This document shows, in pieces, positions 10,384 to 20,746 of a stretch of DNA of 64,000 bases. Each line of letters starts with the position of its first letter. The first letter of the stretch is position 1. The translations under genes and the position numbers were made by a program. The stretch comes from an uncultured bacterium (GTDB lineage: Bacteria > Babelota > Babeliae > Babelales > Babelaceae), in assembly GCA_963824495.1 (NCBI GenBank), contig CAWGPQ010000005.1, positions 1 through 64,000 of the forward strand, read 5' to 3'. A model generated the notes under the pieces. The model made no database searches and had not been told where the DNA came from. It saw only the letters and a list, made by a program, of their open reading frames with translations.

Positions 10384-11796
10384 ATGGGCAAGTGCTATCA
10401 GACGTCACTTTTTCTTTTTCATCGAGATTTACGTTTGGATGATAATACAGGGCTATTAGCTGCACTCGAAGCATCCAATAATGTTATACCCTGCTTTATC
10501 TTTGATCCTCGTCAAGTTGAGGCACAGAATGAGTATAGGAGCCTCAATGCTCTTCAATTTTTACTCGAATCGCTCTATGATCTTAATCAACAGCTGGCTG
10601 ACAAAGGCTCACAACTTTTAATGCTCTATGGTAGGCCTGAAGTGGTGCTTGAGCGTCTTCTCGCTACAATCTCTTTTCAAGCACTTTATAGTAATAGAGA
10701 TTATACGCCCTTTAGTCGAACGCGAGATAAGGCACTTACGGATTTATGCATTCAGCGTGGACTTGATGTTCATAGCTTTGATGATCTTTTACTTGCTAAT
10801 CCTGAAGATATACGTTCAGCTCAGGGCACTCCCTATGTAAAATTTACCGCTTTTTATAATCATGCGCGCGTAAAGCCTGTTGTCAAACCTCGCCCTAATA
10901 TATTTATTAATTATGTGGCGATAAGCTCTACAAAAACTATATTTCCCGATCAAGTAAAAGATCTTGATCAGCTTGCAGCGCGATTAGTGCCCTCTATTAA
11001 TCAACAGATAGGAGAGCGTGGAGGACGAGCTCACGCTCTCAAACGCCTTCGCTCTCTTAATGAGTTAAAAGATTACGAGCAAACTCACGATTTTCCAGCT
11101 TACCAGACAACGCAGCTATCTGCTCATAATAAATTTGGTACGGTATCGATACGGGAAGTTTATCATGCGCTTTTAGGGCTTTATCCTGGTGGTCCCGTAA
11201 TAATTCGTCAACTCTATTGGCGAGATTTCTTTACCTATATTGCTTGGCATTTTCCTCACGTATTCGGTCACGCTTTTCGCGCGCGTTATACAACGCTCGT
11301 ATGGGATAATAACCCAGATTTTTTTGAACGATGGTCTGAAGGACTAACGGGATTCCCTTTTGTTGATGCTGGTATGCGTCAGCTGAATAGAACCGGCTTT
11401 ATTCATAATCGGGCCCGACTGGTCACAGCATCGTTTCTTGTAAAAGATCTACATATTGATTGGCGATGGGGAGAGAAATATTATGCCCAGCATCTGGTTG
11501 ACTATGATCCTTCAGTTAATAATGGTAATTGGCAATGGGTAGCTTCAACTGGCTGCGATGTTCAGCCCTATTTTAGGATTTTTAACCCCTGGCTACAGCA
11601 AAAGAAATTTGATCCTACCTGTGAGTATATTAAGCAATGGGTACCAGAACTACGTGAGCTTGAGCCGCGTGTTATACATACGTGGTATGCTGAAAAAAAG
11701 GGCTTGGTTGATTACCCTGTGCCCATTGTTGATCACGCTCGTGAGAGTATTCGTTCAAAGCAGCTTTACCGTGCTATTCAAGCACGGAATCTTTGA
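10384..11796 (+). CDS. phrB: Deoxyribodipyrimidine photolyase
   Basis: RDLRLDDN; RQLYWRDF; GLTGFPFVDAGMRQL; IHNRARL; DYDPSVNNGNWQW; YFRIFNP. Confidence 0.95.
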   Translation: MGKCYQTSLFLFHRDLRLDDNTGLLAALEASNNVIPCFIFDPRQVEAQNEYRSLNALQFLLESLYDLNQQLADKGSQLLMLYGRPEVVLERLLATISFQALYSNRDYTPFSRTRDKALTDLCIQRGLDVHSFDDLLLANPEDIRSAQGTPYVKFTAFYNHARVKPVVKPRPNIFINYVAISSTKTIFPDQVKDLDQLAARLVPSINQQIGERGGRAHALKRLRSLNELKDYEQTHDFPAYQTTQLSAHNKFGTVSIREVYHALLGLYPGGPVIIRQLYWRDFFTYIAWHFPHVFGHAFRARYTTLVWDNNPDFFERWSEGLTGFPFVDAGMRQLNRTGFIHNRARLVTASFLVKDLHIDWRWGEKYYAQHLVDYDPSVNNGNWQWVASTGCDVQPYFRIFNPWLQQKKFDPTCEYIKQWVPELRELEPRVIHTWYAEKKGLVDYPVPIVDHARESIRSKQLYRAIQARNL

Positions 11797-11833
11797 TCAC
11801 GAGAGCTGCTAAACTTTTTGAGCAGTGCCCTTG

Positions 11834-12433
11834 CTACTTTTGGGCTTGTTGAATAAGCGATGTTACAAGTGTTTTAATATGACTCTGTACTTCAGGGTCG
11901 GCTACAAGCTGCCTAACAAGACCTATGATCAAATTGTCCATCGCTGTTCGTAATTCCTGGTGAGACTGAAGGTTATGGAGCACTTTACTAACGGCATCGC
12001 TTTGTGCGATATTTTCGAGCAAAGATGTTACATGATTACTGATTAGGTTAAGCGATTCCTGACTAAGTGGTATGGTGCTTAATAAGCGCATTAGGCGATC
12101 ATGGTGCTCAATTTTTTTAATGTTGCTTGTAAACTGATTGCCCGAGGCTGCAGCTCGAGTAAGCTCATTAATCACCTGGCTCTTAATGTAATTAAAGAGC
12201 TGTTTATTCGTTTGAACGTTTTGAATAAGATGTACAAGTTGACCACTGAGTGTTTGAGCTGTTTGTTCACTTTCCAGTGCTTGAGTAATGTGATCGAGAA
12301 CTACATTACTTACTTGATTAAGCAGTTTATCTTCAAATTTAGATCGAGTTCGTTGAAACCACGAAGAACGCTGTTCTGCTCCATGAGCGATAGGTGTTAT
12401 GAATAATATGCTCGTAAGTATAAATTGCTTCAT
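11834..12433 (-). CDS. Hypothetical exported helical protein
   Basis: 199-aa ORF with signal-peptide-like N-terminus and GGAG ribosome-binding site. Confidence 0.7.
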   Translation of the reverse strand: MKQFILTSILFITPIAHGAEQRSSWFQRTRSKFEDKLLNQVSNVVLDHITQALESEQTAQTLSGQLVHLIQNVQTNKQLFNYIKSQVINELTRAAASGNQFTSNIKKIEHHDRLMRLLSTIPLSQESLNLISNHVTSLLENIAQSDAVSKVLHNLQSHQELRTAMDNLIIGLVRQLVADPEVQSHIKTLVTSLIQQAQK

Positions 12434-12631
12434 AAAAATTCTCCTAATAACTAGAATATATTATTTATTATTATTTAATAATAGCACATAAATTTATTCA
12501 AGTGCAATAATTTTAAAAATAAGTTCCTGCGACCCTTTGGCTAAAGCGTAGGTTTCAGGGGAGGCTTTATGTGCCGACCGAAAGAATGTGAAAAGTGTCG
12601 AGCATGCCTCAAGGGAAAGAAGCTTTTTAGA

Positions 12632-14050
12632 TCACGTAGAAAGTCCCGAGGGAGCTGGAGCACCAGGAGCCATAGCGTATTGGGCAACTTGAACAGCAAT
12701 CTCAGCAGAAAGAGTAATATCCCCTGGAAGATTTGTTAGCTCTCCAGCCTGTCCAGCTCTTTGCACCAAACCAAATATAGCTGGTCCTGCGTATTTTTTA
12801 AGAAAATCTGTAATTTCAGGATGGTTATGTTGAAGAGCAAGAATCCATGCAGATTTGTTTTGGTTGTTGAAAAGATTAACCTGCGCGTTATGACGAAGCA
12901 AAGCTTGTACAGCACGTAGGTGTCCATTGCCAGCTGCATAATGCAATGCTGTATTATTACTTTCATCTTGTGCGTTAATGTTAGCACCACAAGTAAGCAA
13001 CACTTTAAGAATAAGAGTATTGCCATTGCGTGCTGCATAATGTATTGGTGTTTTGCCATCATTATCACGAATATTGACCTTGGCTTTGTGCTCAAGTAGA
13101 TCTTGGACGGTCGGTCCATCATTACGTACAGCTGCCCAGTGTAATGCTGTCATGCCAAAATTATCTTGAGTCTGTATATCTAAAAGAGCTGACTCTTGTT
13201 TTAACTCGTCAAGAGTTTGAGCAATAGCTTGCTTGTCGCTGGCGATAATTGCTGTAGATAATGGTGAAATGTTAAGTGCTTCTAATAACTTTAAAATACC
13301 ATTAATATTGCTATTTTTAATTGGCAATGGAATAGTGGTAAATGGAATGCCATTAACATATCCAAGAAAAAGCAGTCTACTTACGTATGCCTCCAAGAAT
13401 TGGCCCCAAGTTCTACTCGAGAATGGTACGGGGATATTAGCATTGTAGAGCAACAGCAATTTAACTATATCTACCTGTTTAGTTATAGCTGCATACGTAA
13501 GAGCGCTATCGCCACTATAAGTCGCACGATTAGCATCAGCACCATGCTCTATAAGTAGTCTAATCATGTCTGTATACCTATGTAGAATTGCGTACATAAG
13601 GCCAGTAAAACCACTAAGGCAAGGAAGACCAACAATAGGAATGTGATTAATGTCAGCTTTACGTTCTACAAGTAGTTTAACTGTGTCGGTATGGCCAGAT
13701 GTAATTGCAGACATAAGAGCTGTCTCCCCATAATTATTAGCAAGATTAACGTCAGCACCGTGCTCTATAAGTATCCTAGCTATTCCTGTATGTCCATTTT
13801 TAGCTGCATTTATAAGGGGACAATTATATCCTCGATTATCAGCACTATAGTTAACTTTAGCTCCTTGTTCCAATAGCGAAATAACCTCTTCAGGATTATT
13901 GCTATGTACAGCGTCAAGTAATGCTTTATTGATTCTTCGCTGTTCCTCAGGCGTAAGTATGTGGGGTTCCATGCTGAATATTGGGCTACTATAAGAAGCT
14001 AGTATGAATATGCTTGCTATGAAAGTTAAAGAGGGAATAACCCTAGACAT
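12632..14050 (-). CDS. Ankyrin-repeat protein with signal-like N-terminus
   Basis: Multiple GxTALxxA...LL..GADVN repeats in two blocks. Confidence 0.92.
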   Translation of the reverse strand: MSRVIPSLTFIASIFILASYSSPIFSMEPHILTPEEQRRINKALLDAVHSNNPEEVISLLEQGAKVNYSADNRGYNCPLINAAKNGHTGIARILIEHGADVNLANNYGETALMSAITSGHTDTVKLLVERKADINHIPIVGLPCLSGFTGLMYAILHRYTDMIRLLIEHGADANRATYSGDSALTYAAITKQVDIVKLLLLYNANIPVPFSSRTWGQFLEAYVSRLLFLGYVNGIPFTTIPLPIKNSNINGILKLLEALNISPLSTAIIASDKQAIAQTLDELKQESALLDIQTQDNFGMTALHWAAVRNDGPTVQDLLEHKAKVNIRDNDGKTPIHYAARNGNTLILKVLLTCGANINAQDESNNTALHYAAGNGHLRAVQALLRHNAQVNLFNNQNKSAWILALQHNHPEITDFLKKYAGPAIFGLVQRAGQAGELTNLPGDITLSAEIAVQVAQYAMAPGAPAPSGLST

Positions 14051-14146
14051 CCGAAATTCCTTTTGCACAAATCCAGTAACGCAATAATTATAAGTGGCCT
14101 AGTATAACACATTATAATTTCCACTTGAAGACAAGCTTTTGTTAAC

Positions 14147-15019
14147 TTATGCGAGTAGATAATAGGTGGTGTTAACCTTGATAAAACCCTCGGTGCACAA
14201 AGCATCTAGGTTGCGTCTAATCCGCTCTGGTTCACGGGGTATTTGTAGACACAGCTCGTCAAAAGAAAGCACTGGCTTTATCGAAAGAGCACGCAGAATC
14301 ATACCACGGATTTGACGTTCTGAGCCTTCAAATTTTGATTGAACACTATAATGCGCGCTTTTGCGGCTTGGGTTTTTGAACGTTTTCTTGAGCATTACGC
14401 CGTAATCCATGAGGGCATAATACCAAGAGCGTGGATTATTACGATCAAGTGTTTGATTAATAAAAGGGATAAGCTCTTTGTCTTTGATATCTGTTTTTTG
14501 CTGAAAAAAGCAATGAATATATACTGCTCGAATATTAGTTTCTATGAAAATAGTGGGTAAGTTAAAAGCAAATGCGCATACAGAGCCAGCAGTGTTTGGC
14601 CCTAATCCGGGAAAAGTAGCTAATATCTCAGGCGATGAGGGTAACAAGCCATTATGCTCGTCCATGACTTTTTGGGCTATTTTGTGGAGTGCTAGAGCTC
14701 GCCGATTATAGCCAAGTCCCTGCCAGAGAGTAATAACGTCCCGTACTGATGCTTGTGCAAGAGCCTGAAATGTCGGTAAAGCTGTTATAAATTGCTCGAA
14801 TTTTTCTTTAACGCGATCAGTTTGTGTTTGCTGGAGCATTACTTCTGATACGACAATATGATAAGGCTGCGTGGTTTCTCGCCAAGCAAAGCGACGACCG
14901 TGCACGTAGTAATAGTCATATATCAGCTTGCGAAAGAGCTCTATACCCTCAGGGGCAAGCTGACCATTTTGCAGATACTCACCGGGTAAAATGCTAAGAA
15001 AGTTTTGTTGTAATTCCAT
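14147..15019 (-). CDS. mutY: A/G-specific adenine glycosylase (short form, no Fe-S cysteines)
   Basis: WRET..PY.I.VSEVMLQQT; WQGLGYNRRA; PGLGPNTA helix-hairpin-helix; ALMDYG. Confidence 0.88.
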   Translation of the reverse strand: MELQQNFLSILPGEYLQNGQLAPEGIELFRKLIYDYYYVHGRRFAWRETTQPYHIVVSEVMLQQTQTDRVKEKFEQFITALPTFQALAQASVRDVITLWQGLGYNRRALALHKIAQKVMDEHNGLLPSSPEILATFPGLGPNTAGSVCAFAFNLPTIFIETNIRAVYIHCFFQQKTDIKDKELIPFINQTLDRNNPRSWYYALMDYGVMLKKTFKNPSRKSAHYSVQSKFEGSERQIRGMILRALSIKPVLSFDELCLQIPREPERIRRNLDALCTEGFIKVNTTYYLLA

Positions 15020-15044
15020 AACTAGTGCAGAAGAGAGCTTTGTA

Positions 15045-17669
15045 TTATACGCGTCCTATGCGAATGGTGGCCATTTTGCTAGAGCTTAAAACGTGTGGAA
15101 CTGCTTGTTTAACTTCTTCTATAGTAATACGTTCTAACTGTGCAGCACGCGTATCAAAGTAGTCAACAGGAAATTTATATACATCCAAGAAGAGAAATGC
15201 GGCTGCTATTTGGCGGTTTGAGGCAAAACTATCTACTAATGAGTTGATTAATGCTCGTTGTGCTTCTTCAAACTCATCTTGTGTAAGGTAACGTGTACCG
15301 GTATCAATAAGAGCAGTAATGCTCTTTTCAGCTTCGCTTAACCTATCAGGTGATACAATAGTCTTAATAAGTGCAATACCCGGTTGTTTGCTAACGCCTG
15401 CCAATAAAGATCCACCTATAGTATAAAACAGTCCTGATTGCTCGCGGAGTGAAAAAAGCATAGAGCTCATAGAGCCTAAAACGCCACCGGTAAATATTTG
15501 ATCGAATAGTAATATTTTATCATAATCAGGGCTATAACGGTTTACCGATAGCCCTGCAAAGCACAAGACAATTTGATCTCTATTGATTCGATAATTAACT
15601 ACATGGGGTTTTACGGGTAGAAGCTCAGGATAGACAAGATCCTGAACTACGGGACCATTCCAGGAGCCCAAGCGTTCTGTAATTAACGCTTGTATATCAT
15701 ATGCATCGAAATCACCAACGATAGCCAAGCGTGTTTCTTTGGGAGTTATGTGTTCCCTGTAGGCCTGTATTAAATTTTCGCGGGTGATGGCTTTAATGCT
15801 TTCAGGTGTTCCGATCATATTTTTATGATAAGGATGCTGTCGATAAACTACTTCACGAATAAGTTGGTTTGCAAACTGTGTAGGGGCATCCCAAAAATTG
15901 CTTATGTCAATAAGAAGTCGTGAACGTACTCGTTCAATAGCTTCCTGAGTAAATGTTGCTCGTGTTAAAATCTCTGCAAGCAGTGATAGCCCTTTGGGTA
16001 TGTCAGCGCTCAGCATACTCAGCGTAATTTGACCTGGAAACGCATGAAGCGACATGCCATGTGTTTCTAGTTCTTGGGCAAATTCAGCGGCGGAATAATG
16101 CTCGGTGCCCTCTGTAAGCATATCCATCATAAACATTTCGAGCCCTTGGAGATTTTCAGGGTCATAGAAATGTTTTGCTTTAAATTCCATAACAATATCA
16201 ACTTTGGCAGCTTGCGGATTATGATGTGAAAGAATCCGCAGGCCATTTGGTAGATCTGCTATAGTAGCTCGTGGAAACGTAAATGGCTGAGGTGGTTTTA
16301 CGGTAATGTTTGTAACACAACAGCCTTCTTCTACAGGAGTTTCACGGGTGATACGAGATAATACTCGTGCATCTTCAGCATCTGAGCGTTCTTGAAAAGC
16401 AATCCAAAAAGGTTTTTCTTTCTCTGGTAAGGGCAGTACTTTGCCCTGGTGCATAACTGCTGGCCGTAGATAATTGGCAATAATTTTTTGAATCTCTTCT
16501 TTAAGGCCTTCTACGGGGTGATCGCAATAGGTATCAAGATAGTGTTCATTTCCTGTTGCAAGATAATATTTGCCAAGCAGATATGCTTGCTTTTGATTAT
16601 TTTCAATAAGTGAGATAAAATCCATCTTGGTTTTCTTGCGTGCACGAGTAAGTTCTTGATCAGTTACCAGCTTGTGTGCTTGTTGCTCTAGATAGCCATT
16701 TATCTTGCTAATAATTACATCTATATCGGCTATATTTTTAGGCTGAAATGTAATAACAAAAAGCCCATGCTCAAACATATCATAGACAAAGCTCTCAACT
16801 TCTGTTACCAACTCAAGCTCTTCAACAAGCAATCTGTAGAGATGTGATCCCTTGCCGTAGCCTACTATCCAAGAGACTAAATCGAGAACATAATCAAGTT
16901 GTGCTGTAGTGCCCGGGATTACCCAGGCAACCATAACGATTGGCTGCTGAATATCGCGGTACAGTATTACCGATTGGGCCCCAAAATCAGGTGAGAAGTA
17001 AAATTCTTTTTTAACATAATCTGGATCAGAAACAAGATGCGCAAATGCCTTCTCTGTCTGTGCAAAAGCATCCTCAGGATCAACGTCACCTACAATAACA
17101 AGCGTGGCATTATTAGGAATATAATGGTGATTATAAAAACTAACGAGCGCATCGCGCTTGAGGTTCCATAAATCATGCTTATAGCCAATAACAGGATATC
17201 GATAAGGATGGCCAGTAAAAATTACCGTAAGCATGTCCTCAAGAAGTGACGAAGCGTAATCATCGTTATACATTTTGAGTTCTTGAATAACAGCCTTAAG
17301 CTCTGAATTAAGCAGATCCTCTTTAAATGCGCAGTTATTCATACAATCTGCCATAATAGTCAGGGCTTGATTCCAATGCTGTGAAGGGAAATCAAAGAGA
17401 TACCCAGTATAATCATGGGAAGTAAAAGCATTTGTATACCCCGAGAGCTTATGGGTAATCATATTAATATCAGATTCAGTAAGGGTCTTTGTTCCCTTAA
17501 AGATCATATGCTCAATAAGATGTGCTATACCCTTTTGACCTGAGCTTTCATCTTTAGAGCCTACATTATACCAAAGCTGGACAGACACTTTAGGGATCTT
17601 GTGTTGTGGAAGTACAAGAACTGACATACCGTTAGGGAGAATTCTGCGCAAGATCTGAGAATGTGCCAT
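15045..17669 (-). CDS. M16 (pitrilysin-family) zinc peptidase, two fused halves
   Basis: GIAHLIEHMIFKGT (HxxEH), NAFTS; second half starts LPNGLRI and contains LREQSGLFY. Confidence 0.92.
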   Translation of the reverse strand: MAHSQILRRILPNGMSVLVLPQHKIPKVSVQLWYNVGSKDESSGQKGIAHLIEHMIFKGTKTLTESDINMITHKLSGYTNAFTSHDYTGYLFDFPSQHWNQALTIMADCMNNCAFKEDLLNSELKAVIQELKMYNDDYASSLLEDMLTVIFTGHPYRYPVIGYKHDLWNLKRDALVSFYNHHYIPNNATLVIVGDVDPEDAFAQTEKAFAHLVSDPDYVKKEFYFSPDFGAQSVILYRDIQQPIVMVAWVIPGTTAQLDYVLDLVSWIVGYGKGSHLYRLLVEELELVTEVESFVYDMFEHGLFVITFQPKNIADIDVIISKINGYLEQQAHKLVTDQELTRARKKTKMDFISLIENNQKQAYLLGKYYLATGNEHYLDTYCDHPVEGLKEEIQKIIANYLRPAVMHQGKVLPLPEKEKPFWIAFQERSDAEDARVLSRITRETPVEEGCCVTNITVKPPQPFTFPRATIADLPNGLRILSHHNPQAAKVDIVMEFKAKHFYDPENLQGLEMFMMDMLTEGTEHYSAAEFAQELETHGMSLHAFPGQITLSMLSADIPKGLSLLAEILTRATFTQEAIERVRSRLLIDISNFWDAPTQFANQLIREVVYRQHPYHKNMIGTPESIKAITRENLIQAYREHITPKETRLAIVGDFDAYDIQALITERLGSWNGPVVQDLVYPELLPVKPHVVNYRINRDQIVLCFAGLSVNRYSPDYDKILLFDQIFTGGVLGSMSSMLFSLREQSGLFYTIGGSLLAGVSKQPGIALIKTIVSPDRLSEAEKSITALIDTGTRYLTQDEFEEAQRALINSLVDSFASNRQIAAAFLFLDVYKFPVDYFDTRAAQLERITIEEVKQAVPHVLSSSKMATIRIGRV

Positions 17670-17844
17670 GCCGATCCTTAAGAAGAGTGCTTGAGTAGTT
17701 TTATATATCTATATATTAGTTTAGCCTACTGGAACTAGAATAACAATTATGAGAAAAATTAAAATATTCTTGACTTAAAAAACAAAATATTTATAACGAT
17801 TAACGCTACTAGTACATCAAAACCACAATAAGAAAGGGTTTGCC

Positions 17845-18216
17845 ATGAAACGTCGTATCCTTCAGCTGACAGCACTATCACTTATGGCGTGCGCTGCTTT
17901 AAAAAGCTCGCAAGCATCTGTATATGACCCACATCATGAAGCACGAGTATATACTTCAATCCAGAAATCTCTTGATAAGATTAAAGCTCTCGAAGAACAA
18001 GCAAGAAAGAATACACAGCCGGAAAGAGAAGCTATCGAGGCTATTTCTTCTATTAAAATTCCTGGATCATTCTCTGTGGCAGAGAAGGTATATAAATTGC
18101 GCAACGAACTTAGAAATAAACTAGAGTTACGATTAAAGAGCAAACTAAAATTATCTCTTGAGCCTATTGAGGATGTTCTTCAGTCTATGGTACGAGAATT
18201 GGATCAATTAGGGTGA
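17845..18216 (+). CDS. Hypothetical exported coiled-coil protein
   Basis: 123-aa ORF, signal-like N-terminus. Confidence 0.6.
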   Translation: MKRRILQLTALSLMACAALKSSQASVYDPHHEARVYTSIQKSLDKIKALEEQARKNTQPEREAIEAISSIKIPGSFSVAEKVYKLRNELRNKLELRLKSKLKLSLEPIEDVLQSMVRELDQLG

Positions 18217-18409
18217 ACTAAAAAAGAGCTCTGGTTTAAAACCGCCGCTCTTTCAGTTACAATTTTATACCAAATCACTATCTTTAAGTCATGCAAGCCT
18301 ATAGTCCTATTTGACACGATATCACTTCTCTCTTATTATTTTTCCTGGAGAGAGTTATATCCCCTCTCAAAGTATTGGCGTTTATTGACGTTACGCGATG
18401 AGGTTTCCT

Positions 18410-19261
18410 ATGAAAAAAAGATTATTGATCGGCTTACTAGGCATTATAGCCTTTTGCTCATGGTCAGGATTATACAGTAAAGTTTTGATTTTTGATTTAT
18501 CCGAAGTCTTGATTGAGACGAGTGAGCTTCGTATGTGGGGTGAAATTGGAAGATACGATGCAGCAGTGTATCGTTTGACCGCAAGCGGTGATGATTTAGA
18601 ACGTGCCGTGTTTGCAACGCTTTCGCTCGCTGGTGAGCAAAAATCTCCTAAGGCTGAGCTTGTTCTTGCGCCCAGTGGGCATACATTACCGCTTATTATG
18701 TGTCAATGGCTTGCCGGTAACAAAAAAGGTAGTGATATACTTGATGTTGCACCTTCGCTCATAGAAGAATTTAGCCAGCGCAAGGGATACAGAAGCGATC
18801 GAGAAAGAAGACTGGTATATAACATTATAAAAGCTATCTTTGACCCTCATACTCTGGCTCAAAATACCGTTACTATATTTGAAGGTGAGCAATTACTTAA
18901 AGAATGCCTTGAGGCTCGTGGTCGTGATGGCAAAAGACACCGTTTACTTATATATGCAAATTGGGATCCTTTGTCATTTGAAGTGCTCTATAAAGCAGAT
19001 CACGTTCGACCTATATTTAAGTATTTTAATCAAAAAAGTATAACAATTTCTGGCACTACGCACTTACTGCAGCCTCACGCAAGTTCATATAAACATCTGA
19101 TCAAAAAATATAATCTGGACCCTAAAGAATGCGTTATGATAAGCGCTCAAGAAGAACTTATTCAAGGGGCTTCCGCTCAGGGCATTAAAGGTGTTCTTGT
19201 AAGAGATAGGGATTATTTTACAGCACGTCAGGAATTGAAAAAGTTAGGCGTCATCGGCTAA
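18410..19261 (+). CDS. HAD-fold protein with signal peptide, degenerate catalytic motifs
   Basis: VLIFDLSEVL (motif I variant); YNLDPKECVMISAQ where IDD is expected. Confidence 0.7.
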   Translation: MKKRLLIGLLGIIAFCSWSGLYSKVLIFDLSEVLIETSELRMWGEIGRYDAAVYRLTASGDDLERAVFATLSLAGEQKSPKAELVLAPSGHTLPLIMCQWLAGNKKGSDILDVAPSLIEEFSQRKGYRSDRERRLVYNIIKAIFDPHTLAQNTVTIFEGEQLLKECLEARGRDGKRHRLLIYANWDPLSFEVLYKADHVRPIFKYFNQKSITISGTTHLLQPHASSYKHLIKKYNLDPKECVMISAQEELIQGASAQGIKGVLVRDRDYFTARQELKKLGVIG

Positions 19262-20617
19262 ATATTTTTTTAAGTTCTTGAAGCGTTGCTTGATTGTTTC
19301 TCTTAGAGCAGTTCTTAGAGGGTCTGTTTGTATTTCTTGAACTTTGCCAACTTCTTCTACGTATGCTGAAGCTGCCATAACATCGAACGTTGTAGTCCTA
19401 TATGATACAACTGGCAAAGGCAGCCCAGCTTGATCTAAAAAAAACTCTTTAGCATAACCGAACAGCACTTCATGATTATGAGTGTTCTCTAACAAGCACT
19501 GAAGAACGGATCCGGGTAAATCTTTATGGCCATTTCTTTCAGCAAGCGCAAGGGGTTTGAGATTATCGATATTGGCTGCCTCAATGGATGCCCCATACTT
19601 GAGGAGCTTTTTAGCAATTTTTTTGGCATTACGTGCCATTGCCATGTGTAGGGCAGTGTTGCCACGTGAGTCTTTTGTACTTATTTCAGTATCGGATGAT
19701 GTGCCTATAGTGCCCTTTAGGATATTTTTTACACGTTTAATATCATTAAAGATGATGGCTCGCATGAGGTCGCTCGGTAGCCCTGATTCAATACATGATC
19801 GATGATGATTATTGAAGGGGTCGATAGGAGCGTTATATTCAAGCAACAAGCATATAATTTCATGATAAGCAGAAAGATCCTGCGTGTAGCGGCTATTGCG
19901 TACAGCAAGTGATAAAGCGGTTATTCTATCACGCTTATCGTTTGTTGCTGATACGTCGGCACCATGCTCGAGAAGTTTTTGTGTTGCTTGTACGTTGCCC
20001 CGTGCAGCAGCCAAGTGTAATGGTGTATAGCCATAGTTATCTGTATAGTTTGATGTGATTGTTGGTTGAGCAGGCAAAAGCTTCCTGATTGTGATGTAAG
20101 TCTGAGAAAGTGGGTTGAACATATTTTTAATTTTGGCATTATTATTAAGAATAATGGCTTGCATGAGCACATCAGGAAATAGAAACTTAACTGCTGCCAC
20201 TTGTTTAATATCATCACGAGCAATAGGTACGTTATATTCTACGAGTATCCGAGAAATATCGGCTCTACGTTGAATATCAGCCTCCGATTTGTCATTAGTC
20301 GTAGACATAATAGATTTCAAAAAACTTGATTCGTTAAGTGTATGTTGATGTTCAAGTGCCAGACAAACAATATTTTTGCTCCCTGTCTCTATGGCATAAT
20401 CGAGAAGATAAGGGTCACGTGCTTCGATAGCACCACAAGAAATTGCATCTTCTATATCTGCTCTAATATCCTGTTTAATGCTTTTAAGAAGTTCTGCTTT
20501 ATACTTTGTTGCCTGAGTGTCCCCTTGATTGCTCATAGACAGAAGGCAATTGCTTGTGGATAAAAATACAACGATACCGCAGAGCGTCAAGTAAAGAGTA
20601 GGCTGTGTTGTGGACAT
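19244..20617 (-). CDS. Ankyrin-repeat protein
   Basis: GYTPLHLAAARGN...LLEHGADV; GNTALHMAMARN...LLKYGASI. Confidence 0.9.
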   Translation of the reverse strand: MSTTQPTLYLTLCGIVVFLSTSNCLLSMSNQGDTQATKYKAELLKSIKQDIRADIEDAISCGAIEARDPYLLDYAIETGSKNIVCLALEHQHTLNESSFLKSIMSTTNDKSEADIQRRADISRILVEYNVPIARDDIKQVAAVKFLFPDVLMQAIILNNNAKIKNMFNPLSQTYITIRKLLPAQPTITSNYTDNYGYTPLHLAAARGNVQATQKLLEHGADVSATNDKRDRITALSLAVRNSRYTQDLSAYHEIICLLLEYNAPIDPFNNHHRSCIESGLPSDLMRAIIFNDIKRVKNILKGTIGTSSDTEISTKDSRGNTALHMAMARNAKKIAKKLLKYGASIEAANIDNLKPLALAERNGHKDLPGSVLQCLLENTHNHEVLFGYAKEFFLDQAGLPLPVVSYRTTTFDVMAASAYVEEVGKVQEIQTDPLRTALRETIKQRFKNLKKYLADDA

Positions 20618-20746
20618 GAATCGCTTTTCGATAGATAGTATTGCTATATTGTACAGTTTTTGCATTTTATGTAAAAACTGTACAACAAATCAAAAGCGTA
20701 ACCTTGGTAATGGGCTCGGCTAGCCACTTGTATAGAACTTAAAGGC

